A stretch of 64,000 bases of DNA from Candidatus Moraniibacteriota bacterium (GTDB lineage: Bacteria; Patescibacteriota; Minisyncoccia; Moranbacterales; DUUL01), in contig JALVDV010000003.1 in NCBI GenBank assembly GCA_027008775.1, forward strand, positions 12,340-76,339, in the 5' to 3' direction. Made by a program: the position numbers and the translations under genes. The notes under the pieces were generated by a model, which worked only from the letters and a program-made list of their open reading frames with translations, was not told where the DNA came from and searched no databases. This document shows positions 19,778-29,677 of this stretch, piece after piece. Position 1 is the stretch's first letter. Every line of letters starts with the position of its first letter.

Positions 19778-22477
19778 CTACAATTCGCTCCAATTTTTAC
19801 CCTGACTAACATCCACCACTAAGGGAACCTTTAATTTATAAACTCCTTCCATTAACCGCTTTATTTTTTGTCCAAATTTCTCTGCCTCTGTTTCCGCCAC
19901 CTCCACAATCAATTCATCATGAATTTGCAGTTCCAACTTGGCTGTCGGAAATTTTGGCAAAAGCTCTTTGCCTATTTTTACCATAGCCATTTTCATAATA
20001 TCGGCCGTCAAACCCTGCATCGGAAAATTTATTGCCGCCCTTTCTTCCGCCGCGCGCAACCTACCATTGTCAGAATTAATATTGGGAAAATAACGTCGGC
20101 GCCCCAATTCTGTTTCCGCATAGCCCTTTTTCTTAACCTCCTCCTTAATTCTCTCCAAAAAATTAACCAATTTTGGAAAATTCTTTTTATATTCTTCCAT
20201 AAAAAATTCCGCCCTCTCCTTACTTACTCCGCTATCTCTCATAAAACCGTAAACTCCCATTCCATAAAGCATGCCAAAATTTAAAGATTTGGCTTCTCGT
20301 CTTTGTTCTTCCGTCACTTCTTCCGGTTTCACTTTGTTCACCCAGGCAGCCGTGGAACGATGAATGTCACCATTTTCACGAAAAACTTTTATCATCCTTT
20401 GATCACCGGACAAATGAGCCGCCACTCGCAAATCAAATTGGGAATAATCAGCCGAAAGTAAGACCTTTCCTTCTTCCGCCACAAAAGCTTTTCTGATTAG
20501 ATGAGCCACTCGCCCGTATTTGGGAATATTCTGTAAATTAGGATTAGTGGAAGAAAGCCGACCGGTAGCCGTTCCCATTTGATTAAAAGTGGTATGAATT
20601 CGACCATCCTTCTGCACCAACCTTGGCAAAGGATCGGCATAAGTGTTTTTTAATTTGGCATATTCTCTAAACCTCTCAATGTATTTAATAATCTTGTGCT
20701 TTCCGCGCAACCTGGCCAACTGTTCGGCATCGGTTGAGTAGCCTTCCTTGGTTCGTTTAATATCGGTCGTTGGCAATTTCAGTTTTTCAAACAACACCTT
20801 CGCCAATTGCGCCGGAGAATTGATATTGAATTCTTCTCCGGCCAATTGATAAATTTTCTTCTCTAAAACAGACAACTTCTTATCCAAAAAAACGGAAAGT
20901 TTATCCAAAACACCTTTATCAACTTTGATACCGTTTAATTCCATTTTCGCCAAAACTTTTGTCAAGGGCTGTTCTATCTTTGAAAAAAGCTTAGCTATTT
21001 TTTTGTACTCTTTTGCTTGTAAACGCTTGCGATAAAGTGATGCCAGCCGACCAACCCAGCCAGCCTTCTCGGCCACCAATTTTTTTTCTTCCAAACTCAA
21101 TTCACCCCACAAATCCGACTGACGTTTCGCCGGTAAATCATTTTGAAAAGTGGCGCCAAACTCCAAAAAAATTAACTTCTCCAGCTTCACCTTGCTTATT
21201 TTTCCCAAAAGAAAAGACACTAAAAAAATGTCAAATTGCTTGCGAGCTGTTTTTTGTAAATCAAAACCAAATTGGTAATCAACTAATTCCAGAAACAACT
21301 TTCCATCAAAAACATATTTTTTTATACCTCCGGATTGAAACAAATCCTTCCCTTGTTTTATCAAATCACTTTTTAGAAAATAAGTTTTCTGACCACCGGC
21401 AAACATGCCCAGTCCCAGTGGTCGTGCCGAATAAAATTTTTCCGTATCCGTAGCCAAAAAATAAGAAAATTCTTTTTTCCGTTTAATCTTTGCCAACAAT
21501 TTCTGCCACTCCATCTCCGAGCTTATTTCCTGAAACTCAAACTTCTTTTTCATTTTTTTCATCGCACCTGTTAAAGAAGAATTTAAATAACCATTTTTGT
21601 CACTAAACAATCTCTTGTACAAACTCTCAAATCCCATTTCTTGAAAAAATTTCCCCAAACCATTCTTGTTTAAATTCTCTACCTTGGCTTTTCCCAAATC
21701 CAAATCGTCAATCGGCACATCGGTTTTAATCTTGGCCAAACTATAACTCAAAAAGGCCTCTTTTTTGTGTTCTAACAATTTCTTTTTAACCGCCGGCTTA
21801 TCTATTTTATCCAAATTTTTGTAAATGTTTTTCAGGGAACCGAATTTCTGTAAAAGAGCCACCGCCGTTTTTTCGCCAATTCCTTTCACCCCCGGAATGT
21901 TGTCGGAGGGATCACCCCGTAAAGCCTTATAGTCAACAATCTGCTCCGGCTTTAGATGAAATTTTTCCTCCACCGCTTTTTCATCGTAAATCGCCGTGTC
22001 TTTTACTCCCCGCCGCAAAGTAAAGATACTGGTATCTTTATCTACCAACTGAGCCAGATCCATATCCCCGGTAACAATCAAAGTGTCCAGCTTTTTCTCA
22101 ATCTCCGGATTCTTGGAAATTGTGCCCAACACATCATCCGCCTCATAACCCTTCTTGGTGTAAATCGGAATTCCGTAAGCTCGCAACATTTTTTGCGCCA
22201 GAGGAATTTGTTCATATAAATCATCGGGCGCTTTTTTACGATTAGCCTTGTATTCTTTAAACTCCTTGTGCCGAAAAGTCGGACCTTTAACGTCAAAAGA
22301 GGCGATAATGTAATCCGGTTTTACCTTTTCCATCATAGAAAATAAAGTCAAAGCAAAACCGTAAACCGCCCCGCTGGGACGACCATCTTTGGTCGTCAAG
22401 AAAGGTAAAGCGTGATAAGCCCGATGCACCAAAGCATTACCATCAATAAGAGCAAGAACTTTTTTCTTTTTATTCAT
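19778..22477 (-). CDS. polA: DNA polymerase I
   Basis: 5'-3' exonuclease (IDGN, EADD, GDPSDNIPG), TGRLSS, ADYSQ, QIHDEL. Confidence 0.97.
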   Translation of the reverse strand: MNKKKKVLALIDGNALVHRAYHALPFLTTKDGRPSGAVYGFALTLFSMMEKVKPDYIIASFDVKGPTFRHKEFKEYKANRKKAPDDLYEQIPLAQKMLRAYGIPIYTKKGYEADDVLGTISKNPEIEKKLDTLIVTGDMDLAQLVDKDTSIFTLRRGVKDTAIYDEKAVEEKFHLKPEQIVDYKALRGDPSDNIPGVKGIGEKTAVALLQKFGSLKNIYKNLDKIDKPAVKKKLLEHKKEAFLSYSLAKIKTDVPIDDLDLGKAKVENLNKNGLGKFFQEMGFESLYKRLFSDKNGYLNSSLTGAMKKMKKKFEFQEISSEMEWQKLLAKIKRKKEFSYFLATDTEKFYSARPLGLGMFAGGQKTYFLKSDLIKQGKDLFQSGGIKKYVFDGKLFLELVDYQFGFDLQKTARKQFDIFLVSFLLGKISKVKLEKLIFLEFGATFQNDLPAKRQSDLWGELSLEEKKLVAEKAGWVGRLASLYRKRLQAKEYKKIAKLFSKIEQPLTKVLAKMELNGIKVDKGVLDKLSVFLDKKLSVLEKKIYQLAGEEFNINSPAQLAKVLFEKLKLPTTDIKRTKEGYSTDAEQLARLRGKHKIIKYIERFREYAKLKNTYADPLPRLVQKDGRIHTTFNQMGTATGRLSSTNPNLQNIPKYGRVAHLIRKAFVAEEGKVLLSADYSQFDLRVAAHLSGDQRMIKVFRENGDIHRSTAAWVNKVKPEEVTEEQRREAKSLNFGMLYGMGVYGFMRDSGVSKERAEFFMEEYKKNFPKLVNFLERIKEEVKKKGYAETELGRRRYFPNINSDNGRLRAAEERAAINFPMQGLTADIMKMAMVKIGKELLPKFPTAKLELQIHDELIVEVAETEAEKFGQKIKRLMEGVYKLKVPLVVDVSQGKNWSEL

Positions 22478-22762
22478 TGTTTTTACAATCACGAATCTAC
22501 AAATATTGTATTCGTAAATTCGTGGTTTATTTGTAGATTCGTGGTAATAATTACTTCTACTTTTAGATAATATTGTGGATTACAGACTTTCAACATTTTG
22601 CCTTTAGCTCTCTTATACTATCACAAACCACCAAAATCCGCACTAAAATTTAACAGTCCATCCGGAAAAACCTAAAATTAAAACATCAAGACAGAGTTCT
22701 TTTCACAAAAAATTTTTCAACCTCGCCTCGGAAGAGAAAACCGAGGCGGAAAGGAGAAATCG

Positions 22763-22918
22763 GTGAAAAAAAAGAAAATAAAGAAGAAAAGAAAAAACAA
22801 AAAAACAAAAGCCTCCGCTCATTCTTGCAATCTCTGCAACAAGCCACTGCAACCGGGGCAATATTCTCCCTGTCCCAAGTGCAGGAACACCGCCGTATAT
22901 GCCTGCCGCTGGAAATAA
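22763..22918 (+). CDS. 51-aa basic zinc-ribbon peptide (not in ORF track)
   Basis: AAGGAG SD then GTG; MKKKKIKKKRKNKKTKASAHSCNLCNKPLQPGQYSPCPKCRNTAVYACRWK; terminator follows. Confidence 0.6.
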   Translation: MKKKKIKKKRKNKKTKASAHSCNLCNKPLQPGQYSPCPKCRNTAVYACRWK

Positions 22919-22928
22919 GTTTACAAAC

Positions 22929-22964
22929 AAACCCCGGCCAAAGCATCAAGCTGACCGGGGTTTT
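22929..22964 (+). terminator. terminator after the Zn-ribbon peptide
   Basis: AAACCCCGG / CCGGGGTTTT. Confidence 0.7.
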
Positions 22965-23256
22965 CACAAAATGGCAATTATATAGATGCCCCCGCCCTTA
23001 CAGGCGGGGAATTCCCGCTGATTTAAACATCAAATCGCAAACTACACCCCACCCGTCTTCTTCGCGCCATCATTATCTCACGACCGTGTCATTATGAACA
23101 GCATACTATATGCGCTATTTTTCTGCGCTTCATCATCTCGCGGTCGTGTTATTATGAACAAATTCCAAAAACCCGCATCCATCAAACGCAAACCAATACC
23201 GATTTGACAAACAAGCCCAAAAAGCTTAAAGCTAAATTGATAATTTTTTATTTGGG

Positions 23257-23397
23257 TTATTTTATTGTTTTCCATTCAAGGTATTCTCGTACTTTTGTTT
23301 TTAAAAAAATTTTTACTTTTGATAAAGAAATGTTTTGCTGGTGTTTAAAGATAATTTCTTCTTCAACAACATCAGCAAAATAAGCCAAGCTTTTTAA
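23257..23397 (-). pseudogene. C-terminal remnant of an AbiEii-like nucleotidyltransferase
   Basis: LKSLAYFADVVEEEIIFK...KVKIFLKTKVREYLE with no start; fused to the end of the DUF6922-like gene. Confidence 0.5.
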
Positions 23398-23668
23398 AGC
23401 CTACTATCTTTTGGTTTAACCCCATAAACCAATAACCAAAGGTTTATGGATTTTTTGCTCCAGTCTGATTTAACAAAATTTTTAATTGCTTCTTTAATTT
23501 CTTTTTTAGAATAATTTTCCCTTAACCAATCAATCGCCTATTCAGTGCCAAAATCAAGAATGTTCTTAATAATAATTTGCTTGTCTTTTTCTTTGTCCAT
23601 CGTTTCTAAATCATAAGACCACAAAAACAGCTCCAAAATACAGGTAGCTTCCTATTTTTTCTTACCAC
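23394..23668 (-). pseudogene. DUF6922-like antitoxin pseudogene (frameshift and TAG)
   Basis: FLWSYDLETMDKEKDKQIIIKNILDFGTE*AIDWLRENYSKKEIKEAI. Confidence 0.6.
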
Positions 23669-23834
23669 TTTGATTGTTTCTTTTGTACTCCAACATACAG
23701 TTATTGTAGTATTTTTCAGACCATTTTCAACTCTTGCCCCAAAAAGTTTGCTAGAGAAAAAAGAATATTTTATACTGAAGAACAATGCTTAAAGGCTTTG
23801 GCAAATTTTAAGTTTCAAATTAAAATTATTTCTT

Positions 23835-26800
23835 ATGTCAAATAAAAAATTCACCCATCTCCATGTTCACACCCACTACAGCTTACTGGACGGATTGGGA
23901 AAAATTGATGATATCTTAGACCGCGTCCAAGAACTGGGCATGAACTCCATTGCCATTACCGACCATGGAGTAATGTACGGTGTTCCCGAATTTTATGATA
24001 AAGCCACTCAAAGAGGCATCAAACCAATCATTGGTTGTGAAATGTACCTGGCGCCCAATGGCTTGGAAAACAAAAGAGCCGGCATTGATGACACCCGCTA
24101 TCACCTTACCCTTTTAGCCAAAGACAACATCGGTTACAAAAACTTGATGAAATTGGTCACCATCGCCCACTTGGAGGGATTCTATTACAAACCTCGTATT
24201 GACATGAAAGTTTTGCGAAAATATTCCCGGGGACTAATAGGTATGAGCGGTTGCCTGCAAGGAGAAATCGCTCAACTGGCCATCAGCGGAAAATACAAAA
24301 GCGCCAAAAAAAAGGCCTTGGAATATCAAGAAATTTTCGGAAAAGACAACTACTATTTGGAACTGCAACACTTGCCCAACCTTCCGGAACAAAAAATAGC
24401 CAATGAACAACTCTTGAAAATATCCAAAGAAACCGGCATTCCGGTGGTAGCCACCGCCGATCTTCACTACATCTACCCGGAAGATGGAGAAATTCAAGAC
24501 ATTTTGGTTTGTATTCAAACCGGTCAGAAACTGAGTGATACTAACAGAATGTCTATGACTGACCATAAACTCCACCTGAAATCTCCGGAAGAAATGTGGC
24601 GGTATTTCAAAGATATTCCGGAGGCCCTGGAAAACACCCAAAAAATCGCCGAGAAATGTAATGTCAATATTGAATTTGGTAAAACCAAATTGCCAACTTT
24701 CAAAGTTCCCAAAGGTTACAGCGCCAGTAGCTATTTACGTGAACTTTGCGAAAAAGGAATTAAAGAGAGATATTTGGACAGAGGTTTGGAATTCACCGAA
24801 AAACATCGTCAACGTTTGGAATATGAACTGGGCATCATCAAAAAAATGGGCTTTGACGCCTACTTTCTTATCGTAGCTGATTTCATCAACTGGGCTAAAA
24901 AACAAAAAATTGCCGTTGGCCCCGGTCGAGGTAGCGCCGCCGGCAGTTTTGTTTCTTACCTAACCAAAATTACAGATATTGATCCCATTAAGTACGATCT
25001 GCTTTTTGAACGTTTTCTTAATCCTGACCGTATTTCCATGCCTGATGTTGATGTTGACTTTTCCGATCATCGTCGCGATGAGGTTTTGGCCTACGTCCGC
25101 AAAAAATATGGCGATGACCACGTTGCCCAAATCATCACTTTCGGAACAATGGCTGCCAAAGCTGCCATCCGAGACGCCGGCCGAGTTCTAGGTGTGGAAT
25201 ATTCTTACTGTGACAAACTTTCCAAAATGGTGCCCGATTTCACTAAACTTGACGAGGCTCTCAAAACCAGCAAAGAACTGGCTCACGAATACGCCAATAA
25301 CCCCGACGCCAAGAAAATCATTGATGCCGCCAAAAAATTGGAAGGAGTGGCTCGTCATGCCTCCGTCCATGCTTGCGGAGTAGTCATCACCGCCAAACCG
25401 GTAGTAGAATACTCCCCTTTGCAATATATGAGTGGCAAAGGCAAAAATGAAAATGCCATCGTCACCCAATACGCCGCCTCTTCCAAAGCTTCTTACGTGG
25501 AAAAAATCGGGCTTCTGAAAATGGACTTTCTCGGCTTGAAAAACTTAACCATCATTGAAAATGCCATTTCTATCATTAAAGCCACCACTGGAGACATTAT
25601 TGAGGTCGACAAAATTCCTCTGGATGATCCCGTAACCTACAAACTTTTCCAACGAGGGGATACTACCGGAATCTTTCAACTGGAATCCGCCGGAATGAAA
25701 AGATATCTCAAACAACTGAGACCGACCACCTTTGAAGATATTATTGCCATGGTCGCCCTTTATCGCCCCGGCCCAATGGAATGGATTCCCGACTTTATCG
25801 CCGGCAAACATGGTAAAAAGCAAATTACCTATCTTCACCCCAACTTGAAACCGATCTTGGAAAAAACCTATGGAGTAGCCGTTTACCAGGAACAAGTAAT
25901 GCAAATGGCCCAAGTTATTGCCGGCTTCAGCGGAGGCGAAGCCGATGTTCTCAGAAAGGCCATGGGTAAAAAAATTCCGGAAATAATTGCCAAGGAAAAA
26001 ATAAAATTTATCGAGGGAGCTCAAAAACAAGGCCTTGATAAAAAGTTGGCCGAAAAAATATTTTCTTTCATTGAACCATTCGCCGGCTACGGTTTCAATC
26101 GTTGTTTAACCGGCGACACCTTGATTACAGACGCAAAAACCGGAGAACAACGAACGATAGAATCTCTTTTTGAAGATTATAAAAACAAGAAAAAACTACC
26201 AAATGTTTTAACTTTAGATGAAAAAACGTCCAAATTAAAAACCGGCAAAATCACAAAGGTTTACAATAACGGAATAAAGAAAGTTTATAAATTGAAAACC
26301 GCTTCAGGAAGAGAAATTGTTGCCACTTCTAATCACCCCTTCTATACTTTCTCCGGTTGGAAGACCTTGAAAAATTTAAAAACCGGAGATTTCATCGCCG
26401 TAGCCAGAAAATTACCAATTAAAAATAAGCAAAAATTTCCAATTAAAAATTTCCAATTGATTGTCCTCGGTTATTTATTGGCTGAAGGAAATTTATGTCA
26501 CCCCCACGGTTTCTATTTCTACTCTACCGACAAATTAGAATTGGAAGATTATACCAACAATTTACTGAAATTTAAAAACACCAAGGCCACTAAAAATACC
26601 AGCAAATCAACTACATCCATTTATGCCGGTAGAATTAATCTAAACAAAGAATCAGAAGCAGTTAAATGGATAACCTCTCTCGGACTTAAAGGACAAAAAG
26701 CAACTAACAAAAAGTTTCCTTCCTTTGTATTTAAGCTAAACAACTCTCAACTATCTTTATTGCTGGCTAAAATGTTTCAAGGAGATGGCTGTATTAATTT

Positions 26801-28781
26801 AAAAAGAAAAGATCCTCAAATTTTCTATGCAACCTCATCAAAAACTTTAGCCCAGCAATTACAACACCTACTGCTACGATTAAACATGATGGCAACAATT
26901 CATAAAAAGAACTTTAAGTATCGCAACACCGTTAAAGTCGGCTACACCCTCACTATCAGTCGTTATGACAATATCAAAAATTTTTGTCAATCCATTGGTC
27001 AATATTTGATTGGAGAAAAAAAGAAAAATATCAAAACAATTTTAAAAAACCATCCTATTATCAATAAAACAATAAAAGAAAATTCCGCCCGAGGCAGTAA
27101 GGATATTATTCCTGCGGAAATACTTCCCCTGATAACTGCTTCTATAAAAAAGAATAACTACACCATTAAAGAATTTGCTAAAAAATACGGCTTTGCGGAA
27201 AGATTATTTTTTTCTGACAAAAAGAAAAAGGGGTACCTGCGCGAAACAGTTAAACTTATCGCTTTAAAATTAAAAGACGCCCAGTTACTTAACATTGCCA
27301 CTTCCGATATTTATTGGGATAAAATTAAATCCATTCGTAAAAAGGGACAACAAAAAACTTATGATTTAACAATTCAAAACACCCATAATTTTGTTGCCAA
27401 TGACATAATAGTTCATAATTCTCACGCCGCCTGTTACGCCCTAATCGGCTACCAAACAGCTTATCTCAAGGCTCACTACCCGGTTCAATTTATGGCCGCC
27501 CTTCTCAACTCCGACAAAGGCGACACTGACCGTATTGCCATTGAAATTGAAGAAGCTCGTAAAATGGGTATTAAAGTACTCCCTCCGGATATAAACGAAA
27601 GTTTCAACAACTTTGCCGTTGTTAAAAATTCTCCCACTCCGGAAAAAGTTTTAAAAGTAAAAAATGGCAAAGTCCTGAAACCGGAGGAAATAAAAGAACA
27701 AGCGGAAAAAATGAAGACTAAACACTCCCAAAAGCAGGATTCAATCGAATTTAACACCATCCGTTTTGGGCTGGAAGCCATTAAAGGCGTGGGCGCGCAT
27801 ATCGTAGATAAAATCATTGAAGAAAGAAAATTAAACGGACCCTTTAAAGATGTAGTTGATTTGGTGGAAAGAGTGCAGGATAAAGACTTAAACAAAAAAT
27901 CCTTGGAAGCTCTAGCCAAATCAGGCGCCTTGGATAGTATCTCCGACGGCAATCGCAATAAAATACTGGAAAACATCCCTCTGCTTCTCAACCACGCCAA
28001 GTCTCACCAAAAAACGATTGCCAGCGGCCAGTCTTCATTGTTTGGCGGAAATGATGACAATCCCGGCCTTGAAGCTCCGCAATTGGTTCTCCAAGAAACA
28101 CCCAATGTTTCCAAGAAACAAAGACTGTCTTGGGAAAAAGAACTTCTTGGCCTATACATTTCCGATCATCCCTTAAAAAACTTTCAAAATTTTTTCCAGA
28201 AAAATGCCACCCCTATCAGAAATCTTGGTCCCCAGCACTTAGATCAACTTGTAACTATTGGCGGAATCATAACAAAAATACAAAAAGTTTACACCAGACG
28301 CAATCAATTGATGTATTTTGCCACTCTGGAAGACGGGCTGGGAAAAATAGAAGTCTTGGTTTTTCCCAAGGTTCTGGAGAGAGACTACGATCTCTGGAAA
28401 GAAGAAAACATTGTTCTGTTAAAAGGACGTTACTCCGAAAAAGATGGCGAACCAAAATTGATTTGCGAAAACGGCTCTCTTATCAATGAAAAAGAATTAA
28501 AAAAGTACGAAAGCCAATCAAATACTCCCTTCTCCAAAAATCAAATATCCTCAACAAGAAAAATGTCTCCGGCAAAAAATCTAATTATTGAAATTTCCCC
28601 AAATACTCTGCAAAAAATAACCGCTTTAATTGCCCAACAAAAAAAAGGAGATAGCCGAATATATCTTACCGTCGCCAACTCCGACAAAAAATTAGAAACA
28701 AGCTATCAAATAGAATATTCCGACTCCCTCTTGCAAAAAATTACAAATATAGTTGGAACAGATAAAGTAAAAGTCATATAA
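23835..28781 (+). CDS. dnaE: DNA polymerase III alpha subunit containing an intein
   Basis: PHP domain HLHVHTHYSLLDG, GPGRGSAAGS, MPDVDVDF, OB fold. Confidence 0.97.
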   Translation: MSNKKFTHLHVHTHYSLLDGLGKIDDILDRVQELGMNSIAITDHGVMYGVPEFYDKATQRGIKPIIGCEMYLAPNGLENKRAGIDDTRYHLTLLAKDNIGYKNLMKLVTIAHLEGFYYKPRIDMKVLRKYSRGLIGMSGCLQGEIAQLAISGKYKSAKKKALEYQEIFGKDNYYLELQHLPNLPEQKIANEQLLKISKETGIPVVATADLHYIYPEDGEIQDILVCIQTGQKLSDTNRMSMTDHKLHLKSPEEMWRYFKDIPEALENTQKIAEKCNVNIEFGKTKLPTFKVPKGYSASSYLRELCEKGIKERYLDRGLEFTEKHRQRLEYELGIIKKMGFDAYFLIVADFINWAKKQKIAVGPGRGSAAGSFVSYLTKITDIDPIKYDLLFERFLNPDRISMPDVDVDFSDHRRDEVLAYVRKKYGDDHVAQIITFGTMAAKAAIRDAGRVLGVEYSYCDKLSKMVPDFTKLDEALKTSKELAHEYANNPDAKKIIDAAKKLEGVARHASVHACGVVITAKPVVEYSPLQYMSGKGKNENAIVTQYAASSKASYVEKIGLLKMDFLGLKNLTIIENAISIIKATTGDIIEVDKIPLDDPVTYKLFQRGDTTGIFQLESAGMKRYLKQLRPTTFEDIIAMVALYRPGPMEWIPDFIAGKHGKKQITYLHPNLKPILEKTYGVAVYQEQVMQMAQVIAGFSGGEADVLRKAMGKKIPEIIAKEKIKFIEGAQKQGLDKKLAEKIFSFIEPFAGYGFNRCLTGDTLITDAKTGEQRTIESLFEDYKNKKKLPNVLTLDEKTSKLKTGKITKVYNNGIKKVYKLKTASGREIVATSNHPFYTFSGWKTLKNLKTGDFIAVARKLPIKNKQKFPIKNFQLIVLGYLLAEGNLCHPHGFYFYSTDKLELEDYTNNLLKFKNTKATKNTSKSTTSIYAGRINLNKESEAVKWITSLGLKGQKATNKKFPSFVFKLNNSQLSLLLAKMFQGDGCINLKRKDPQIFYATSSKTLAQQLQHLLLRLNMMATIHKKNFKYRNTVKVGYTLTISRYDNIKNFCQSIGQYLIGEKKKNIKTILKNHPIINKTIKENSARGSKDIIPAEILPLITASIKKNNYTIKEFAKKYGFAERLFFSDKKKKGYLRETVKLIALKLKDAQLLNIATSDIYWDKIKSIRKKGQQKTYDLTIQNTHNFVANDIIVHNSHAACYALIGYQTAYLKAHYPVQFMAALLNSDKGDTDRIAIEIEEARKMGIKVLPPDINESFNNFAVVKNSPTPEKVLKVKNGKVLKPEEIKEQAEKMKTKHSQKQDSIEFNTIRFGLEAIKGVGAHIVDKIIEERKLNGPFKDVVDLVERVQDKDLNKKSLEALAKSGALDSISDGNRNKILENIPLLLNHAKSHQKTIASGQSSLFGGNDDNPGLEAPQLVLQETPNVSKKQRLSWEKELLGLYISDHPLKNFQNFFQKNATPIRNLGPQHLDQLVTIGGIITKIQKVYTRRNQLMYFATLEDGLGKIEVLVFPKVLERDYDLWKEENIVLLKGRYSEKDGEPKLICENGSLINEKELKKYESQSNTPFSKNQISSTRKMSPAKNLIIEISPNTLQKITALIAQQKKGDSRIYLTVANSDKKLETSYQIEYSDSLLQKITNIVGTDKVKVI
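26103..27419 (+). mobile_element. 439-aa intein with LAGLIDADG homing endonuclease
   Basis: GYGFNR|CLTGDT, block B TSNHPF, LGYLLAEG and LLAKMFQGDG, FVANDIIVHN|SHAA. Confidence 0.95.
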
Positions 28782-28859
28782 TTACCCTCTACTCCCTGAA
28801 AAATAAACTTCTCAAAAATTTAACTTTACAAATCAAAGATATGTTATATATTTAATGTA

Positions 28860-29037
28860 CAGCGTTGAAGCGGTCTAACCAGCCGTAGAGTTGTCGTTAA
28901 GTCGTTGACGAAACAACACAAAGAGAGCCCATACTTTGGGAAGCTAAGTGGAACCGCCCTATCGGGTCTTAGCGAATTTAATGCTTTTTGTTATTAGATT
29001 TTATTCCACTGGTTTTTAAAGGTATGGGTTTTATTTT
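28860..29037 (+). promoter_or_regulatory. T-box riboswitch-like leader with Thr (ACC) specifier
   Basis: GCTAAG-TGGAACC-GCCC-TATC-GGGT-CTTAGC antiterminator, stem III CCCA/TGGG, short stem I with ACC in the loop; thrS downstream. Confidence 0.7.
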
Positions 29038-29051
29038 AAGACAACAAACTT

Positions 29052-29588
29052 ATGACAAATTGTTATCTAGACAACGAAACTAAAAACATTGCCTTTATTG
29101 ATGGTCAGAATTTGCATATGGGAACAACTCTTGACAAAGAAAATCCCTGGAAAATAAATTTGGCAAAGTTTAGAATTTATCTAAAAGAAAAGTATAAAGT
29201 TAGCACAGCTTATTATTATCTTGGTTATGCTCAAGATAAACATAAGGATCTATACAAACACATTCAAGAATCTGGTTTCATTTTGCAATTTCGCAAACAC
29301 AACACCGCCATGATTAGCAAGAAAAAAGGCAATGTTGACGTTGATATTGTGTTTGACATTATGAGAAAAATGTACAAACAAGAAAAATTTAATAAAATAA
29401 TATTGGTATCTGGCGACGGGGATTACAAGATGTTAGTTGATTTTTTGATAGAGGAAAATAAATTTGAAAAAATATTGTTTCCAAATAAAAAATTTGCCTC
29501 ATCCTTATATAAAGACATTACGGCAAAATACTATGCTTATCTAGATGACATAAGAAATAAGATAGGAGCCAATTCTCACAAACACTAA
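29052..29588 (+). CDS. NYN domain (LabA/DUF88, PIN-like) protein
   Basis: [22 protein letters not shown]. Confidence 0.9.
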   Translation: MTNCYLDNETKNIAFIDGQNLHMGTTLDKENPWKINLAKFRIYLKEKYKVSTAYYYLGYAQDKHKDLYKHIQESGFILQFRKHNTAMISKKKGNVDVDIVFDIMRKMYKQEKFNKIILVSGDGDYKMLVDFLIEENKFEKILFPNKKFASSLYKDITAKYYAYLDDIRNKIGANSHKH

Positions 29589-29617
29589 ACCAATGGCAAC
29601 ATTCACAAAAAAACTTT

Positions 29618-29677
29618 AAAAAAAATGAGAGGGGAACCTTAGGTAGTTAACCGTTCGGTGCCCTTCTCGTCTTCATA
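29618..29677 (-). ncRNA. candidate ~60-nt structured RNA convergent on the NYN gene
   Basis: Perfect TTGACA-17-TATAAT (29711-29683, minus strand); GAGAAGGG/CCCCTCTC stem enclosing two mini-hairpins; T8 tail. Confidence 0.6.
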
